Shown piece by piece: positions 34,340 through 57,100 of a DNA stretch of 64,000 bases. The position numbers and the translations under genes are program-made. The notes under the pieces are model-generated. The model searched no databases. It saw nothing but the letters and a program-made list of their open reading frames with translations, and was not told the origin of the DNA. Each line of letters begins with the position of its first letter. Position 1 is the stretch's first letter. Source of the DNA: Hormiphora californensis (lineage: Eukaryota; Animalia; Ctenophora); NCBI GenBank assembly GCA_020137815.1, contig CM035352.1, forward strand, positions 1,860,001-1,924,000. The letters are read 5' to 3'.

Positions 34340-34689
34340 GGGTAAATACTCACTCGGTTCTTCACATTTTTTGGACGTTTTTGGCCATAACTCAGCCATT
34401 TCTTGACCAATTTGCAAAATCTCGGGCTCATTCGAAAGAGGACATAAAGACCTTTAAAATGAGCACTAGAAAATGAAAATCGGCGCAAAATGCGCGGCGT
34501 TATGGCGTAAAATGCGCGTTTTCGCCATAGCGCCGCGCATTTTGCGCCAATTTTCATTTTCTAGGGCTCATTGGAAAGCTCTTAATGTCTTCTTTCCAAT
34601 GAACCCAAAATTTTGCAAATTGGTCAAGAAATGGCTGAGTTATAGCCGAAAACGTCCAAAAAATGTGAAGAACCGAGTGAGTATTTACC
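34340..34689. mobile_element. Palindromic foldback element
   Basis: GGTAAATACTCACTCGGTTCTTCAC arms inverted over ~170 bp; mirror ORFs 34273..34557 and 34473..34718. Confidence 0.75.
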
Positions 34690-35100
34690 GCTTACCCTTG
34701 AAAAGGGTGAGGTCTTAATTCCTTGCCCCATATCAGTTTACCAAACTGCTGTTATTTTTGTTAGATTTTATTCGATGTTATCTAATCTGCTCAGCTATCA
34801 TTCACACTGTTATAACTGTGAAAACCAAACGAACCTCTATTTCTATGCTCATAGTATGAGTTAACTGTTCCTTGCTGCGAGTGACGAGCAGTGTAACACT
34901 AACATGCGTTAACTGTCTGTAACACCAGACAGAGTAATACTAATAGTAAACACTTAAAGTTAAAGTGATAGTAAGACTCTTACTAAGAGATTGAGTATGA
35001 TACATAATATTATTTAGATTATGAGTATGAAGTTGTTATAACTATAACTTTTTGTTTCCTTGCATTGCTACAAATTATGCTGCGTGTTTAACGTGTCCTA

Positions 35101-35320
35101 AAGTCGGATTTTTTGAAACTGTCACCCCCCTGAGTTTTCAAATTTCTTTAAATGACCATAAGTCCGGTTCCTGATGAGATAGAGACTTGAAATTTGGAGG
35201 TTATAAAGATCTTGCTAAGTTCTTCCGAACCTCCAAATTTCAAGTCTCTATCTTATCAGGAACCGGAGATATGACAAATTTGTTATTTCAGGGGGGTGAC
35301 AGTTTCAAAAAATCCGACTT
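35101..35320. mobile_element. AAGTCGGATTTTTTGAAACTGTCACCCC MITE, TA-flanked
   Basis: Perfect TIRs; same family at 59513-59665 and 59935-60207. Confidence 0.8.
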
Positions 35321-35535
35321 TACTCACGACTCCTAATCTATGGATTTTATAGATGAAGTTCTGCTTCCGCAGATGAGTCGGAAAATCCGAACCCATATAT
35401 TATAATACATATATTTAAGGTGCTTCTACGTACGGCGCTGAATAATGCATTGTTAATTGCGGGATCACGCGCGTTTCATAATGCAGCGCGGCGGGCCCCA
35501 GTAAAAATGAAAATCTGTGAATTTTCAGAAACAAA

Positions 35536-35929
35536 AAGGAACCATAATAAAGTTCAAGAGCCTCCAAGAGCGCACCAGAATCAAGAGAGACCAAAATCAA
35601 GAGCACACCACAATCAAGAGAGACCAAAATCAAGAGCACACCACAATCAAGAGAGACCAAATCAAGAGCACACCACAATCAAAATTGAGACCAAATTCAA
35701 GAGCGCACCACATCTGGTATCTTCTGGATAGGGAGCTCTCTTGGATGAGGTGCGCTCTTGATTTGGTCTCTCTTGATTGTGGTGCGCTCTTGATTTGGTC
35801 TCTCTTGATTATGGTGCGCTCTTGATTTTGGTCTCTCTTGATTGTGGTGCGCTCTTGATTTTGGTCTCTCTTGGATGGGGTGCGCTCTTGGGCGCTCTTG
35901 GAGGCTCTTGAACTTTATTATGGTTCCTT
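35536..35929. mobile_element. AGGAACCATAATAAAGTTCAAGAG foldback MITE with internal ~30-bp repeats
   Basis: Inverted termini and CAATCAAGAGAGACCAAAATCAAGAGCAC units on both arms. Confidence 0.78.
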
Positions 35930-36406
35930 AACAAGCTTTTGTTTTTAACTTATATTTTCACGTCCACTGTGATTTGTGAACTGTCCAGGCTTTAACAGTT
36001 TGCATGCTCATTTCCAGGTTCTGCAATCAACTTTATACTTTTCTTTCAAGGCAAAAAACGTATACAAATTTTAAATGTGGGGATGGCTTCTGGGCTCCGG
36101 CGATGGGCCTTCGTCCTTCGACCCAGCATTCAGCTGGTCCCTGGAGTACAAAATGGTTTAGGCAGTAGGCTATCTGATAGTCTAAACCATTTTGTGAGTG
36201 ATAGCTGCTATCATAATCTTCTCCGTCCATTCATTGATGAATGTTAACAGCAAAAAGCTCTCAGGTCCACTTTGAAACGGTTACGATTAGAAGATCCAGA
36301 CGGCTGTTATTTCATCCGCAATAATGTTATCCAAGTGGGATAGTTCCCTACAAATTAACTATTTATTTATGCTCTTGTTTTGTATCTGTACCACTTTTGA
36401 AAGTGA

Positions 36407-43123
<6,717 letters not shown>

Positions 43124-43268
43124 GGAGGTGGTGTGGTGTGTGTGTGTGTCGACATCATAGATCGTGTCTCGCCCTCCAACCTTCCTCCACCCTACCTGAT
43201 CTCACAACATGTGCAACAGCCCTCCCTACTGGAATGGGTCATTAGTGTGACACAGAGATATTATGTGT

Positions 43269-43377
43269 CAGGAACCGACCGAATCAGGAAATACTGGTCC
43301 CTGATTGGCTGATAACCAGTCACGTGACCTAAATAACGAGTTCTGATTGGTTGTTTACTTGTTTCGGTCGGTTCCTG
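43269..43377. mobile_element. CAGGAACCGACC MITE downstream of Smad stop codon
   Basis: 12-bp TIR; reverse-oriented near-copy of 45739-45847. Confidence 0.72.
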
Positions 43378-44626
43378 TCTAGTGGGTGACACAAAGAGAT
43401 TATATTAAAAGCACAGGGAGTGTTGATAAATTGTAGCCACTATAATATCACCCATCTGTTTGTGGGAGGTGGAGTTTTTAAGAGTTTTACTTGAGCCCGA
43501 TTGTACAAATATTTTTTAGCTTAGAGAGAGAGTGAGAGAGAGAGAGAGGGAGTGTGAGAGAAATAGAAAAAGAGATCAAGAGAGATACAATGTTAAAAAC
43601 GAGATCGTTATATTTAACCCCGTTAACTAATAATGCAATACATTATGTATCTCTCTAGACTCAAATCCACGTGTTATTTTTCATTTACTTTTTCATTTAG
43701 TAAACTGATAAAAATCAACCTAACATAGCATACAACTAACAACGCCATTAGTTCATTTTTCCTTTCGAGATGTCTTTATTTTGTCTGTTTTTTATACAAC
43801 ATTATTTTTGTATACCGTCACATATATACATTAGAAATCCCCATACAATCATTCCTTTTTTGGGGAGTTACCCATTAAAGTGCGTGTTTCACCACACAAT
43901 ATGCACCCTCATATTCGCATCTTGAAGGATGAGTGAGATCCGCGGGTAAATCACTTCACTTCACCCACTTAGTTAAGTTATTGGCGCTGAGAGAGAGAGA
44001 GAGAAAAGAGAGAGAATGATTAACGGTATATTTTTTTTCAGTTTGAGTGAGAGAGTGTGTGTGTGATTGCCAGCCCTTAGCTCATCTAATAATAATGATA
44101 CTGCTCGGTACATGAATATATTGTTTTTGAATTGTATAAACGCCCCAAGAGCAACAACTATATATATTGAAATAAATCCATCTTGTTTTACTATTCTCTA
44201 ACTCTTGTTTGGTACTGGGGTTCGGGAGGTTGGTGTTGGTTGAGTTGAGTCAAGATGCCACTGTAACTTGAGTGATCTGTAACATTTTATTATGTGACTT
44301 ATGTGCAAGTTTGTCTGTCATGCGCCGAAGTATGAGCATTGTCACGCCTCATTAGTATATCACGACGACGGGAGGGGGAGGGAGAGAGAGAAAGAGAGAC
44401 AGGGAGGGATACTCATAGAGAGTAAGATAGAGAGATGGAAAGATATAGAGAAAGAGAGAGAGAGATAATAGGGATAAAGAAGATATTTAGAGATACGACA
44501 GAAATGAACAGGTTACACTGGACTGTGCTCCGTCTTGCTGCATATTATGAACAAATTACATGGGCACTGTGTGTGTGTGTGTTTGAGCGAGAGAGAGAGA
44601 GAGAGAGAGAAAGTAAGAGAGAGAGA

Positions 44627-44704
<78 letters not shown>

Positions 44705-45435
44705 AAGTTCAACCTAGTGCGTGTAAGCATGTCTGTGTTCCAGTTAACTCGGTTCATTTTCTCCCTTCTCCTTTTTTCAGTCCCCTCCCAGTTCTCCTTT
44801 ATTTCCTTCCTATCTTTTTACTTTGCATCCTCTCACTGCGTATGAGCTGCGGAAAAACTAGCGAAATAGACAGAGAGAGAAACTGAGAGAGAAGTGGGGA
44901 AGTAGACAGAGAAAGGGAAGCAGACAGAGCAGACAGAGAGAGAAGGGAAGCAGACAGAGAGAGGAGCGAGAGAGAGAGAAAAAAGAGAGAGGGGAGAAAG
45001 CTGAGGGACATGATGTCACCACTCCATATAAAATATGTGACCTGTGTTCAAAGGTGTGATTTGTGTGTGGGAGAATTATGGCGATGAGAGAGAGAACGGT
45101 GGTGGATGGCAGATAGTGGTTGGGGAATGGTGGAAAAGTATTAATTGTCAAATCTTATCAACAAATGTTAACATTATAATGAGAGTGTTTGATTTTAATT
45201 TATATTCTTCCCTATAGTAGCTCAGTAACAAAGGAAGTGCCAAGAATCGGATATGTTCTCCAAATCACGTGAGTACAATATAATCACAATGGGATAGTTG
45301 ATGATGATATATTAATTCTTGGCAATAAATTTAATTAAGTAAATTAAATGGCTTCTGTCCTCTAACATTATCTCACAGCGGCAACTGAGAGTTCTAATTT
45401 TCTCCACCGGCCACCCTAGATCCACAGTGTCCACA

Positions 45436-49181
<3,746 letters not shown>

Positions 49182-49695
49182 AACGACATCTAAAACGTAT
49201 AGTGAAGAGGATAACTCCATGCCTTTTGTGGAAAGAGCTTAACTGGAGGGCGGAGGCCAACTGACATGCTAGCTTCTACTAAATTGTGATTCTGGGGATG
49301 CGGGCATCTTTCGAATATTCTGACTCTGTTGTTTAACTATTCTGTGTTTGTGTGCTGATATGTAGATTTGAATTCAAGTTTAACATTTCTGAAGTGATCG
49401 CTGTTTAAATTTAATTTGAATGTTACTGGAAACTGGAAAGTGTTGTTGTCATGATTCTGCTGTCAGACTAGACACTGGTCTCTGACTCATTGACATGACA
49501 GCGACTCTGATGGTCGGTTATTCATTCCCAATCCCAGCAGTGTGCCAGATCTTCAGAGTGTGACGTATCTCATGTCATGCGATACGTCACATTGACAGTA
49601 GGGTATGCAACCATGTAATAATGTTGCATTTACCCATAGCCGGTCATTCCTGCTCACTTGCACTTGTTAGCATTTGCAAATAGGCTGATCAGCTG

Positions 49696-51554
49696 GTAGC
49701 ATACAATAATGCCTACGGTCAATAATGCCTACACCCTAAAACACCTAATTAGAGGTGGAGGGTAGGCAAAACTGCTTGTAGGCATTATCGTCAACACCAG
49801 GGGGGTAAACCGCAGTTTTGCCTACGGTACATAATGCCTACCATGTAGGCAAAACTGTGATTTTACCACTGATGTTGACAATAATGCCTACGAGCAGTTT
49901 TGCCTACCCTCCACCTGCATTGCAGTTGACAACTCGCTAAGGATATCTCGATTCGGTATATATATTTACCGAATCGAGATATTCTTAGCGAGTTTTGCCT
50001 ACATGGTAGGCATTATGTACCGTAGCGAGTTGTCAACTGCAATGCAATCTTTCATTCTCTTTTCTATCAATATTTCAATAGGGTAGCGACTGGCTATTTG
50101 AAACAGTTTTTCACTTTTTTCCCTTGCCTGCCCACAAATCAAGTCGAACCCAAATTCTTTTGACCTTGTGTTACCGAGACAGTCCCTGGGTAGTTTTTTG
50201 GGTGGTTGGAGATGTCTCATTTTGTCTTCTAAAACTGAAATACAACTGAATTTTAGAGATCTGCAGTAAAGGGCAAGTCCGACAGTTCCGTAGTTGGTGA
50301 TGGCTTTCTTGATCCTCTCCTCAAGGTCCCGATACTTCTTCCTCCTCTTAGCGGCAGGAACGTTCCCAGTGAGGTAGTGCTCGATGTGTAGTTCGGCCTG
50401 TTGATTGAACTGGGTCAGGGTCGGAGGGGTAGTCCAGGAGTCCAGAGGGATTACTGCAACCTTTACTACTGCAACTGGTTCATCGAGGGTGGTAGTTAGT
50501 CGTCCCGTACAGTTTGGTGTGTACTGTTTCCGGTCCTTACAGGCCCAGTGCTGGACTTTCTGGGTTTTCCTGTTTCCACAGTAGAGGTATCCATTATAGG
50601 CGGCCTGTCGTCCACCTTTAGCCCCAGTCAGGAATTGAAGAGAGGATGTGACAGGAGGAGGAGGGGTAGGTAGGGTAGGTGTAGCAGGCGGAGGAGGAGG
50701 AGGGGTAGGTAGGGTAGGTAGGGTAGGTAGGGTAGGTAGGGTAGGTAGGGTAGGTAGGGTAGGTAGGGTAGGTAGGGTAGGTAGGGTAGGTAGGGTAGGT
50801 GTAGCAGGAAGAGGAGGAGGAGGAGTAGGTAAGGAAGGTGTAGAAGGATCAGGATGTGGTGGAGGAGGAGGAGGAGGAGGAGGTGTAGTATCGAGTAGGG
50901 AGTCCATTGCTGTTCGAAGAGCTGTTGATAATGGTAGAGACATGATTGTTAGTTGTGGCTGTGTGACCTCGACCTTTATACCTCTTTGCCACCGTTAGAT
51001 GAACTGCCCATATCACGTATCCGGGCATCCGATCCAACCGATTAGCATAGTGAATGAGACATGAGAGCTCCTCTAATCGTTGTAACAAGCCGTTAGATGA
51101 ACCGCCCATATCACGTATCCAATCCGACATGAGACATGAGAGCTTAAGCCTTACCGATTAGAGGAGCTCTCATGTCAATCGGTTTACAATAACTAACGAG
51201 CCATATCTCCTATATCGTATTGGTGCCGCCCTCAGGGTCACGTTACCAATCGGGATATGATGATTTGACGCTTGTAGGCATTATCGCCATATCAACAATA
51301 ATATTGACGCTTTTGCCTACACCCAATCACCCCTGTAGGCATTATCGCCATATCAACAATAATATTGACGCTTTTGCCTACACCCAATTATCAATAATGT
51401 AGGCATTATTGATCGTAGGCATTATCGTACTTTATCGTAGGCATTATTGCCACCGTAGGCATTATTGCCGTTTTGACGGTTTTGCCTACACCCAATTATA
51501 TATGCATATATACCCTGTAGGCATTATTGACCGTAGGCATTATCGTACGTAATC
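49696..51554 (-). mobile_element. Mutator-like (MULE) element, internally deleted, 9-bp TSD GATCAGCTG
   Basis: TSD at 49687-49695 and 51555-51563; TIRs built of ATAATGCCTAC repeats; ORF 49999..50943 with FLYWCH-like finger (YNGYLY...HWAC...CTGRLTT) and MULE-type tail (KRRKKYRDLEERI). Confidence 0.85.
50662..50782. repeat. 9-bp tandem repeat (GGGTAGGTA)n encoding (LPT)n in the MULE ORF
   Basis: Directly visible. Confidence 0.85.
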
Positions 51555-51991
51555 GATCAGCTGTAGCCCTTGCCAGTGCAAATTTGTAACGCGCAAATCT
51601 GAGCCGCGCGTAATTAACAGATTTCTCGCGCGCTTGCTTCTTTAAAATCTGAAACGCGATTTTTGCTTGTGCGGTTGAAGAAAAAAAATCAAGATTTCTA
51701 ACGAAACTCTTGTTCTGTTATTTATTATTACTCTATTATCTGTCCTTTACATACACCCCACCGGGGCTGCGCCCCTAGGCCTTGTTTGTTGGGTTTTCAC
51801 CTCCCCACGTCTCCTATCCGTGGCTGACGCCTGACGGTCCTGGCCCCGGGCGCACAGGGACACGTCACACGCTAGGCCGGACACAAGCTCCGTACCTGAT
51901 TCACTATTCTGTTGTCGTGTACAGTTTATAGATCACATCCAAGGCCCAAGCTTACTAATTTAATTTTCATTACTAGTTCTGCTCCAGAATT

Positions 51992-52891
51992 ATGAAGCGT
52001 TTTATTGATATTGGAGCGAACTTGACGGACAGTATGTTTCGTGGAGTATACCGCGGCAAAACAGCCCATACAGACGATTATGCTGCAATGATGGACCGAG
52101 CATGGAGTGTTGGAGTTGAGAAGATCATCGTCACTGCTGGGTGTAAACAGGATATCGAGGATGCTCTGACGTTGGTTAAAGGTGAACCACGGTTGTATAC
52201 AACTGTGGGGGTTCACCCCACACGATGCGGAGAGTTCGAGGCAGCTCCTACCGAGTATATGGATAGTTTACGGGGGTTTATCAAAGATAATCGAGAGAAA
52301 GTCGTTGCCCTAGGCGAGCTTGGTTTGGATTACGATAGGACGAAGTTTTGTGATGTAGATACCCAAAAGAAATATTTTTCATTACAACTTGACCTGGCTG
52401 AAGAGTTCAAACTGCCTTTGTTTCTCCACTCAAGAAACTGTGCTGACGATTTCGTCAAAATTATCTCCGAGAATCGATCCAAGATCTCTGGCGGTGTTAT
52501 TCATTCATTCACGGGGAGTTCAGAGGAAGCAAAACAGTATCTAGACATGGGCTTCTTTATTGGTATAAACGGGTGTTCCCTGAAGACGGACGAGAACTTG
52601 GTTGCCATGGCGAGCATACCTACCGATCGTCTGATGATTGAAACAGACGCTCCCTGGTGTGGGATTAGGAACACTCATGCCGGCTCAAAACATATCTCGC
52701 CCAGTTCCTGGGAGAGTAAGAAAAAGGAAAAGTGGGTGGAGGGTTGTATTGTGAAAGATAGATGTGAGCCCTGTCAGATAACCCAGGTTTTAGAAGTTAT
52801 GGCAGCTGTACGAGGGGAGGATCCCTGTGAATTAGCTGAAACCATGTACCAAAATACTCTGAAACTTTTCTTTCCTGGCGAAAGTTCATGA
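51992..52891 (+). CDS. TATDN1: TatD-family deoxyribonuclease (TATDN1-like), intronless
   Basis: FIDIGANLTD, TVGVHP, GELGLDYDR, LPLFLHSR, GGVIHSF, IGINGCSLKT, MIETDAPWC. Confidence 0.93.
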   Translation: MKRFIDIGANLTDSMFRGVYRGKTAHTDDYAAMMDRAWSVGVEKIIVTAGCKQDIEDALTLVKGEPRLYTTVGVHPTRCGEFEAAPTEYMDSLRGFIKDNREKVVALGELGLDYDRTKFCDVDTQKKYFSLQLDLAEEFKLPLFLHSRNCADDFVKIISENRSKISGGVIHSFTGSSEEAKQYLDMGFFIGINGCSLKTDENLVAMASIPTDRLMIETDAPWCGIRNTHAGSKHISPSSWESKKKEKWVEGCIVKDRCEPCQITQVLEVMAAVRGEDPCELAETMYQNTLKLFFPGESS

Positions 52892-53016
52892 AATTATTTG
52901 ATTTTTTTTATTTCATTTTACGTGACGTGTACAATTTTAATTTTTACCACATTTATTTTCAACTAATTTCTTCCACAATTTAGCTCAGTGATATGCGTTT
53001 GACACGTGTCCTGTTG

Positions 53017-53917
53017 ATGTCTGGTCGAAAGAAGGGCCAATACCGGACCCCTAAAAACTACCAGAACCCCCTTGGTATTGAAGGAATGTTGACCCATACC
53101 AGGGGTGTGGAGATTATTCCAAAAGTTCCCCGGGTCACTAAGGCTCCTGAGGGAATACACAGCGGGTATGTTGAATTGTACTGAAGTGTCTACTAGATAC
53201 ATTGTACTCCTGAGGGAATACACAGCGGGTATGTTGTATTAAAGTGTCTACTAAGATACATTGTGAGTTTTGAGCTGGACTCTCATCATTCAAACACACA
53301 CAAAACACCCACACACAATACACATGTCTTTATATGACAGATTAGGTTAATAATGAGATTACTCTCTGCCAAATCAAAATCAATCAATCAAATGTTATTT
53401 CACCGTTTCCCCCCAGAGCTATTCGTAAAGTAATCCGAGTGCAATCTCCCTGTGACATAAGGAGGGATTTACAACGAAAACAGACTGCTGCAAAAGCGGC
53501 GTTTACTCTTGAAAACGCAGTACCCTATCTGAATGAGGTAGAATTTATAATTTGAAAATCATAAATCACAATTTTTCAAATGGTAAACAATTAGAACTTG
53601 TGAATGATAACAAATCATACCCGCAGGAAGAAGAAAGAGTGTTTCTGAACCTAATCCAAGCGAGGAAACCAGCCCCAGAACCTGAACCAGCGTTCAACCC
53701 CCGTATAAATCCAGAGCCGTCCGCTAAACACGAGTCTGTAGCTCGTGGAGATATGGAGAAGACTGTTTGGGCCATGCGCCGGAGAGGACACGAGCCCCGG
53801 GCAGACGCCAAACCAGGCACTGGACAAAAGAAAGTGGATCATTATAATCTTGATTTTGGGATGCAGAAGAATACTTCAATTTGGAAAAAGGGAGACCCGC
53901 AACATCCTGTGAAATGA
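53017..53917 (+). CDS. Hypothetical 186-aa basic protein; exons 53017-53165, 53417-53537, 53627-53917
   Basis: Three exons with GT-AG introns and matching phases give one open frame; no family recognised. Confidence 0.6.
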
Positions 53918-54129
53918 GAAGGAGAGAGATGATTAATTTATTGTTTTTATTGTTACTACTGTTTTCTATTTCTGATAATAGTTTTTTATCAGGCTCTTTA
54001 CCCCTAACTACTCCCGTCTGACTTCTCCCCTAGGTACACCATTGAGCCCCCTTACTCTACTAATAACTTACACTATTACTTACTCAGTTGTTCACTAACG
54101 CCACTCCTCTCCAAACTAGAAGTAGCGGT

Positions 54130-57100
54130 ATGTCGAGTTTGGTTTGGTTGGTAGGGATTGTTATACTCCTAGTTGGTCTGCTCCAACTTCCTCTTCTTTT
54201 TGACATTGTTAGATCCTGTGCACCCAAGAATGCCGTCCCAAAGCGCCTCGCTGGTCCCATCATCGACGCGGTAGTGGTGACTGTCATGAGGTGATAACTA
54301 ACAAAAAATGCCCCAATTTTACTTATTTCGGCTTCTTTCAGAGCTTGTTCAGTAAATAATTAGATTTATTTATAATTTGATCCAACTTCCTGAAAAACAC
54401 TAATATTTCAGTTGCCTGTTTTTCTTTGTCTTCTACCTATTCTTCTGGGTGTTCCTCCCGGCTCACGTTGGGTATCGTGACCCGTGGCTGGAGGGAGACG
54501 GTCTGAAGCACATTGCATTCTTCTGGTTCATCTTCACCAATACCATCTGCAACTATATCTGCTGTGTCTACACCGATCCAGGTATCAGGGAGGTCTTGTT
54601 TGTTTCTGGAGAGTTGTTCTGTTGGTGGAAGTATTTTGTTAGAGAGCGTTGTTATGTTATTTAAGAAAACACGGTGACTTTTGGGGCTGTGGCATTGCCA
54701 CCACAGTTGAATTTAATTCGAATGGCTCATTTCCCCAATACAATAAGCATCCTCAATAAATAGTTTTACGTTGTAGTTGATGAAAGTTTGAAACATGCCG
54801 GGGAAGTTTTGTTAGAGAGCGTTGTTATGATACATACATGCCGGGGAATTTTGGTATTTTCTTTTTTTCCTGTCGTGTGATTGTTGAAGGTTTACTAAAA
54901 CATAATCCTCGTGACAGGAACACCCCCTAAGATAACGATAACACCTGATAACGCCATGTCAATCTCCATTGAGAGCTGCATTCCCAAGGAAAGGTATGTC
55001 CCACTGGGACAGTCCCAGTTCACTGTAGTGAAAATTCCTGCTTTTGGGTGCTGGATAAAGAATTAAAATTCAAACCACGAGTGATTGATAATTATTATTA
55101 GTGATTGATATTACATTGACACATTGTTAGTTAAAACAGACGTCGGTTAATTACGAAACAGTCTGAACAATCTCACAATAAGTTTATCCGACAGCTCTCT
55201 CTCACAACTAAAGAATATCAATGGAAGAACTTAAGATAAAGTGGTTATCAGGTGTACGTGTGGTTGAGAATTGGATCTCATTTCGCACCGGCAAAAGCAA
55301 CTCATGTTCACCCCCCGGGCCCCTATTGTAACAAATTTCAAAACAGCACTGAAGACAACCTCGTCGAATGAACAGCTTATCCCACATTATTAGGACTGGA
55401 TTTGCCAAGATGGAGATGTAGACTAAAACGTGAACCCAGACCAGTGGGTTTATAATTCCATTAGTTTTCACTATCAGGATCATATAGGCAACACAAGTCA
55501 CCAGGGTGACTCCAATAATAGCACCAGCTTTTTTTAGACCAGAAGAAAAAACACTTTCTCCATTTCGAATACGGTACAGAGTGACCGACCAGAATACTAT
55601 GTGAAGCAGAAGGGGCAGGGTAATATGTACATAATAATATGTCCTTGCAAAATCGAATGCACACCATAAAAGTATCATGTACTCTACAATTGTGAGAAGC
55701 CAACAAATTCCCACTGCCAGACGGACACCCAGTAGGACCCTAGGATTGTTAAGACTATTCAGCATCCATAACAGAGATAAGGGTACTGTGGCGAAGACGT
55801 CCAGTTGACCTATAAACCAGGCTGAGGCCTCCCAGTTGATCCAGGTATAATCGTAGATATTTGGCCATATCAAAATTGGTCCCGTGATAAAAAGAGCCGA
55901 TATTGACTGTAGCAGATTTATAAGGTTCATGTTAACCACCGCACATAGGATTGCGGGCGCTGTGCGGGTACCAATGAAGCTGGTTTCAGTCCAGTTCCAG
56001 ATATAGCAGATGCTATTTAAGTTCAGTAAAATCCCGAGAAAGCCTGATGGGGAACGAAGTAATCGTATAAGGGATAGGAAGCTTGAGGAAATTCTGATAT
56101 TATTTTCAATGAAAATGGAAAAAAAATATTTTGGGGAAGTTTATCCACCCGGTAAATCGGGCCCCCGGTAATAGTAGAGTCGATAACTACATCGACCTCT
56201 CCCAATTGTTCCAGTTTTTGTCACATCTGTTTGGAGCCTCGACACGACCTCTAAACAGGTGTTACTTTTTCACAAACTGTTTTCATCTTGGTGTAATCAG
56301 CAGTTGAAATGTTGCTAATCATAACAAAAACCTGACTAAATTTTTTCAACTTGGGGTAAAACCATGGGTGTCAAAAGTTAGCTCTAAGTCCCCTGAGTAA
56401 CCATCCGGAGACTCTAAGAGATATTTCAAGCCGTTCTCCTGTAATCATTAATCCCGGTAGAGCACATATTTGAGTATGGACGTACGTGCAATTGCCTACA
56501 ACCTCAACTTTAATGTATAACGTTAATGTGCGTCTCTCTCTTTTCTCCCCCTTGAGAAAGAGTTATCTCGCGCGGCGCAACCGCACGTGCGGTTTTTCCA
56601 GAGAGAGTGAGAGACATACAATAACATGTAAACAGCCTGCCAGCGCTCACGTACGTCCGCATTGTATTTTTTTCTCCACCGGGATTAATGATTACGGGAG
56701 AACGGCTTGAAATATCTCTTAGAGTCTCCGGATGGTTACTCAGGGGACCTAGAGCTAACTTTTGACACCCATGGTTTTACCCCAAGTTGAAAAAATTTAG
56801 TCAGGTTTTTGTTATGATTAGCAACATTTCAACTGCTGATTACACCAAGATGAAAACAGTTTGTGAAAAAGTAACACCTGTTTAGAGGTCGTGTCGAGGC
56901 TCCAAACAGATGTGACAAAAACTGGAACAATTGGGAGAGGTCGATGTAGTTATCGACTCTACTATAAATCGGGGTCCGACTGTACCTGCAATCATCATGA
57001 TGATTCCAAACGCCATTGACCAGTCACCATCGCTGTCACCCACCCAAACACCCCCAGGCTGGTCCCAGCTTTCACCCAACTCTGATGATGGATCCATAGT

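Noticed and set aside
35165-35200. CTGATGA...GAAA resembling a hammerhead core
   Set aside because: No convincing stem II or cleavage-site helix; it is part of a MITE's internal palindrome.
50648-50998. Gly/Arg-rich ORF (GRV)n
   Set aside because: Antisense reading of the 9-bp repeat in the MULE ORF.
51758-51910. GC-rich tract upstream of TatD as a possible ncRNA
   Set aside because: No recognisable tRNA, snRNA or SL RNA motifs by eye; would need a covariance-model search.
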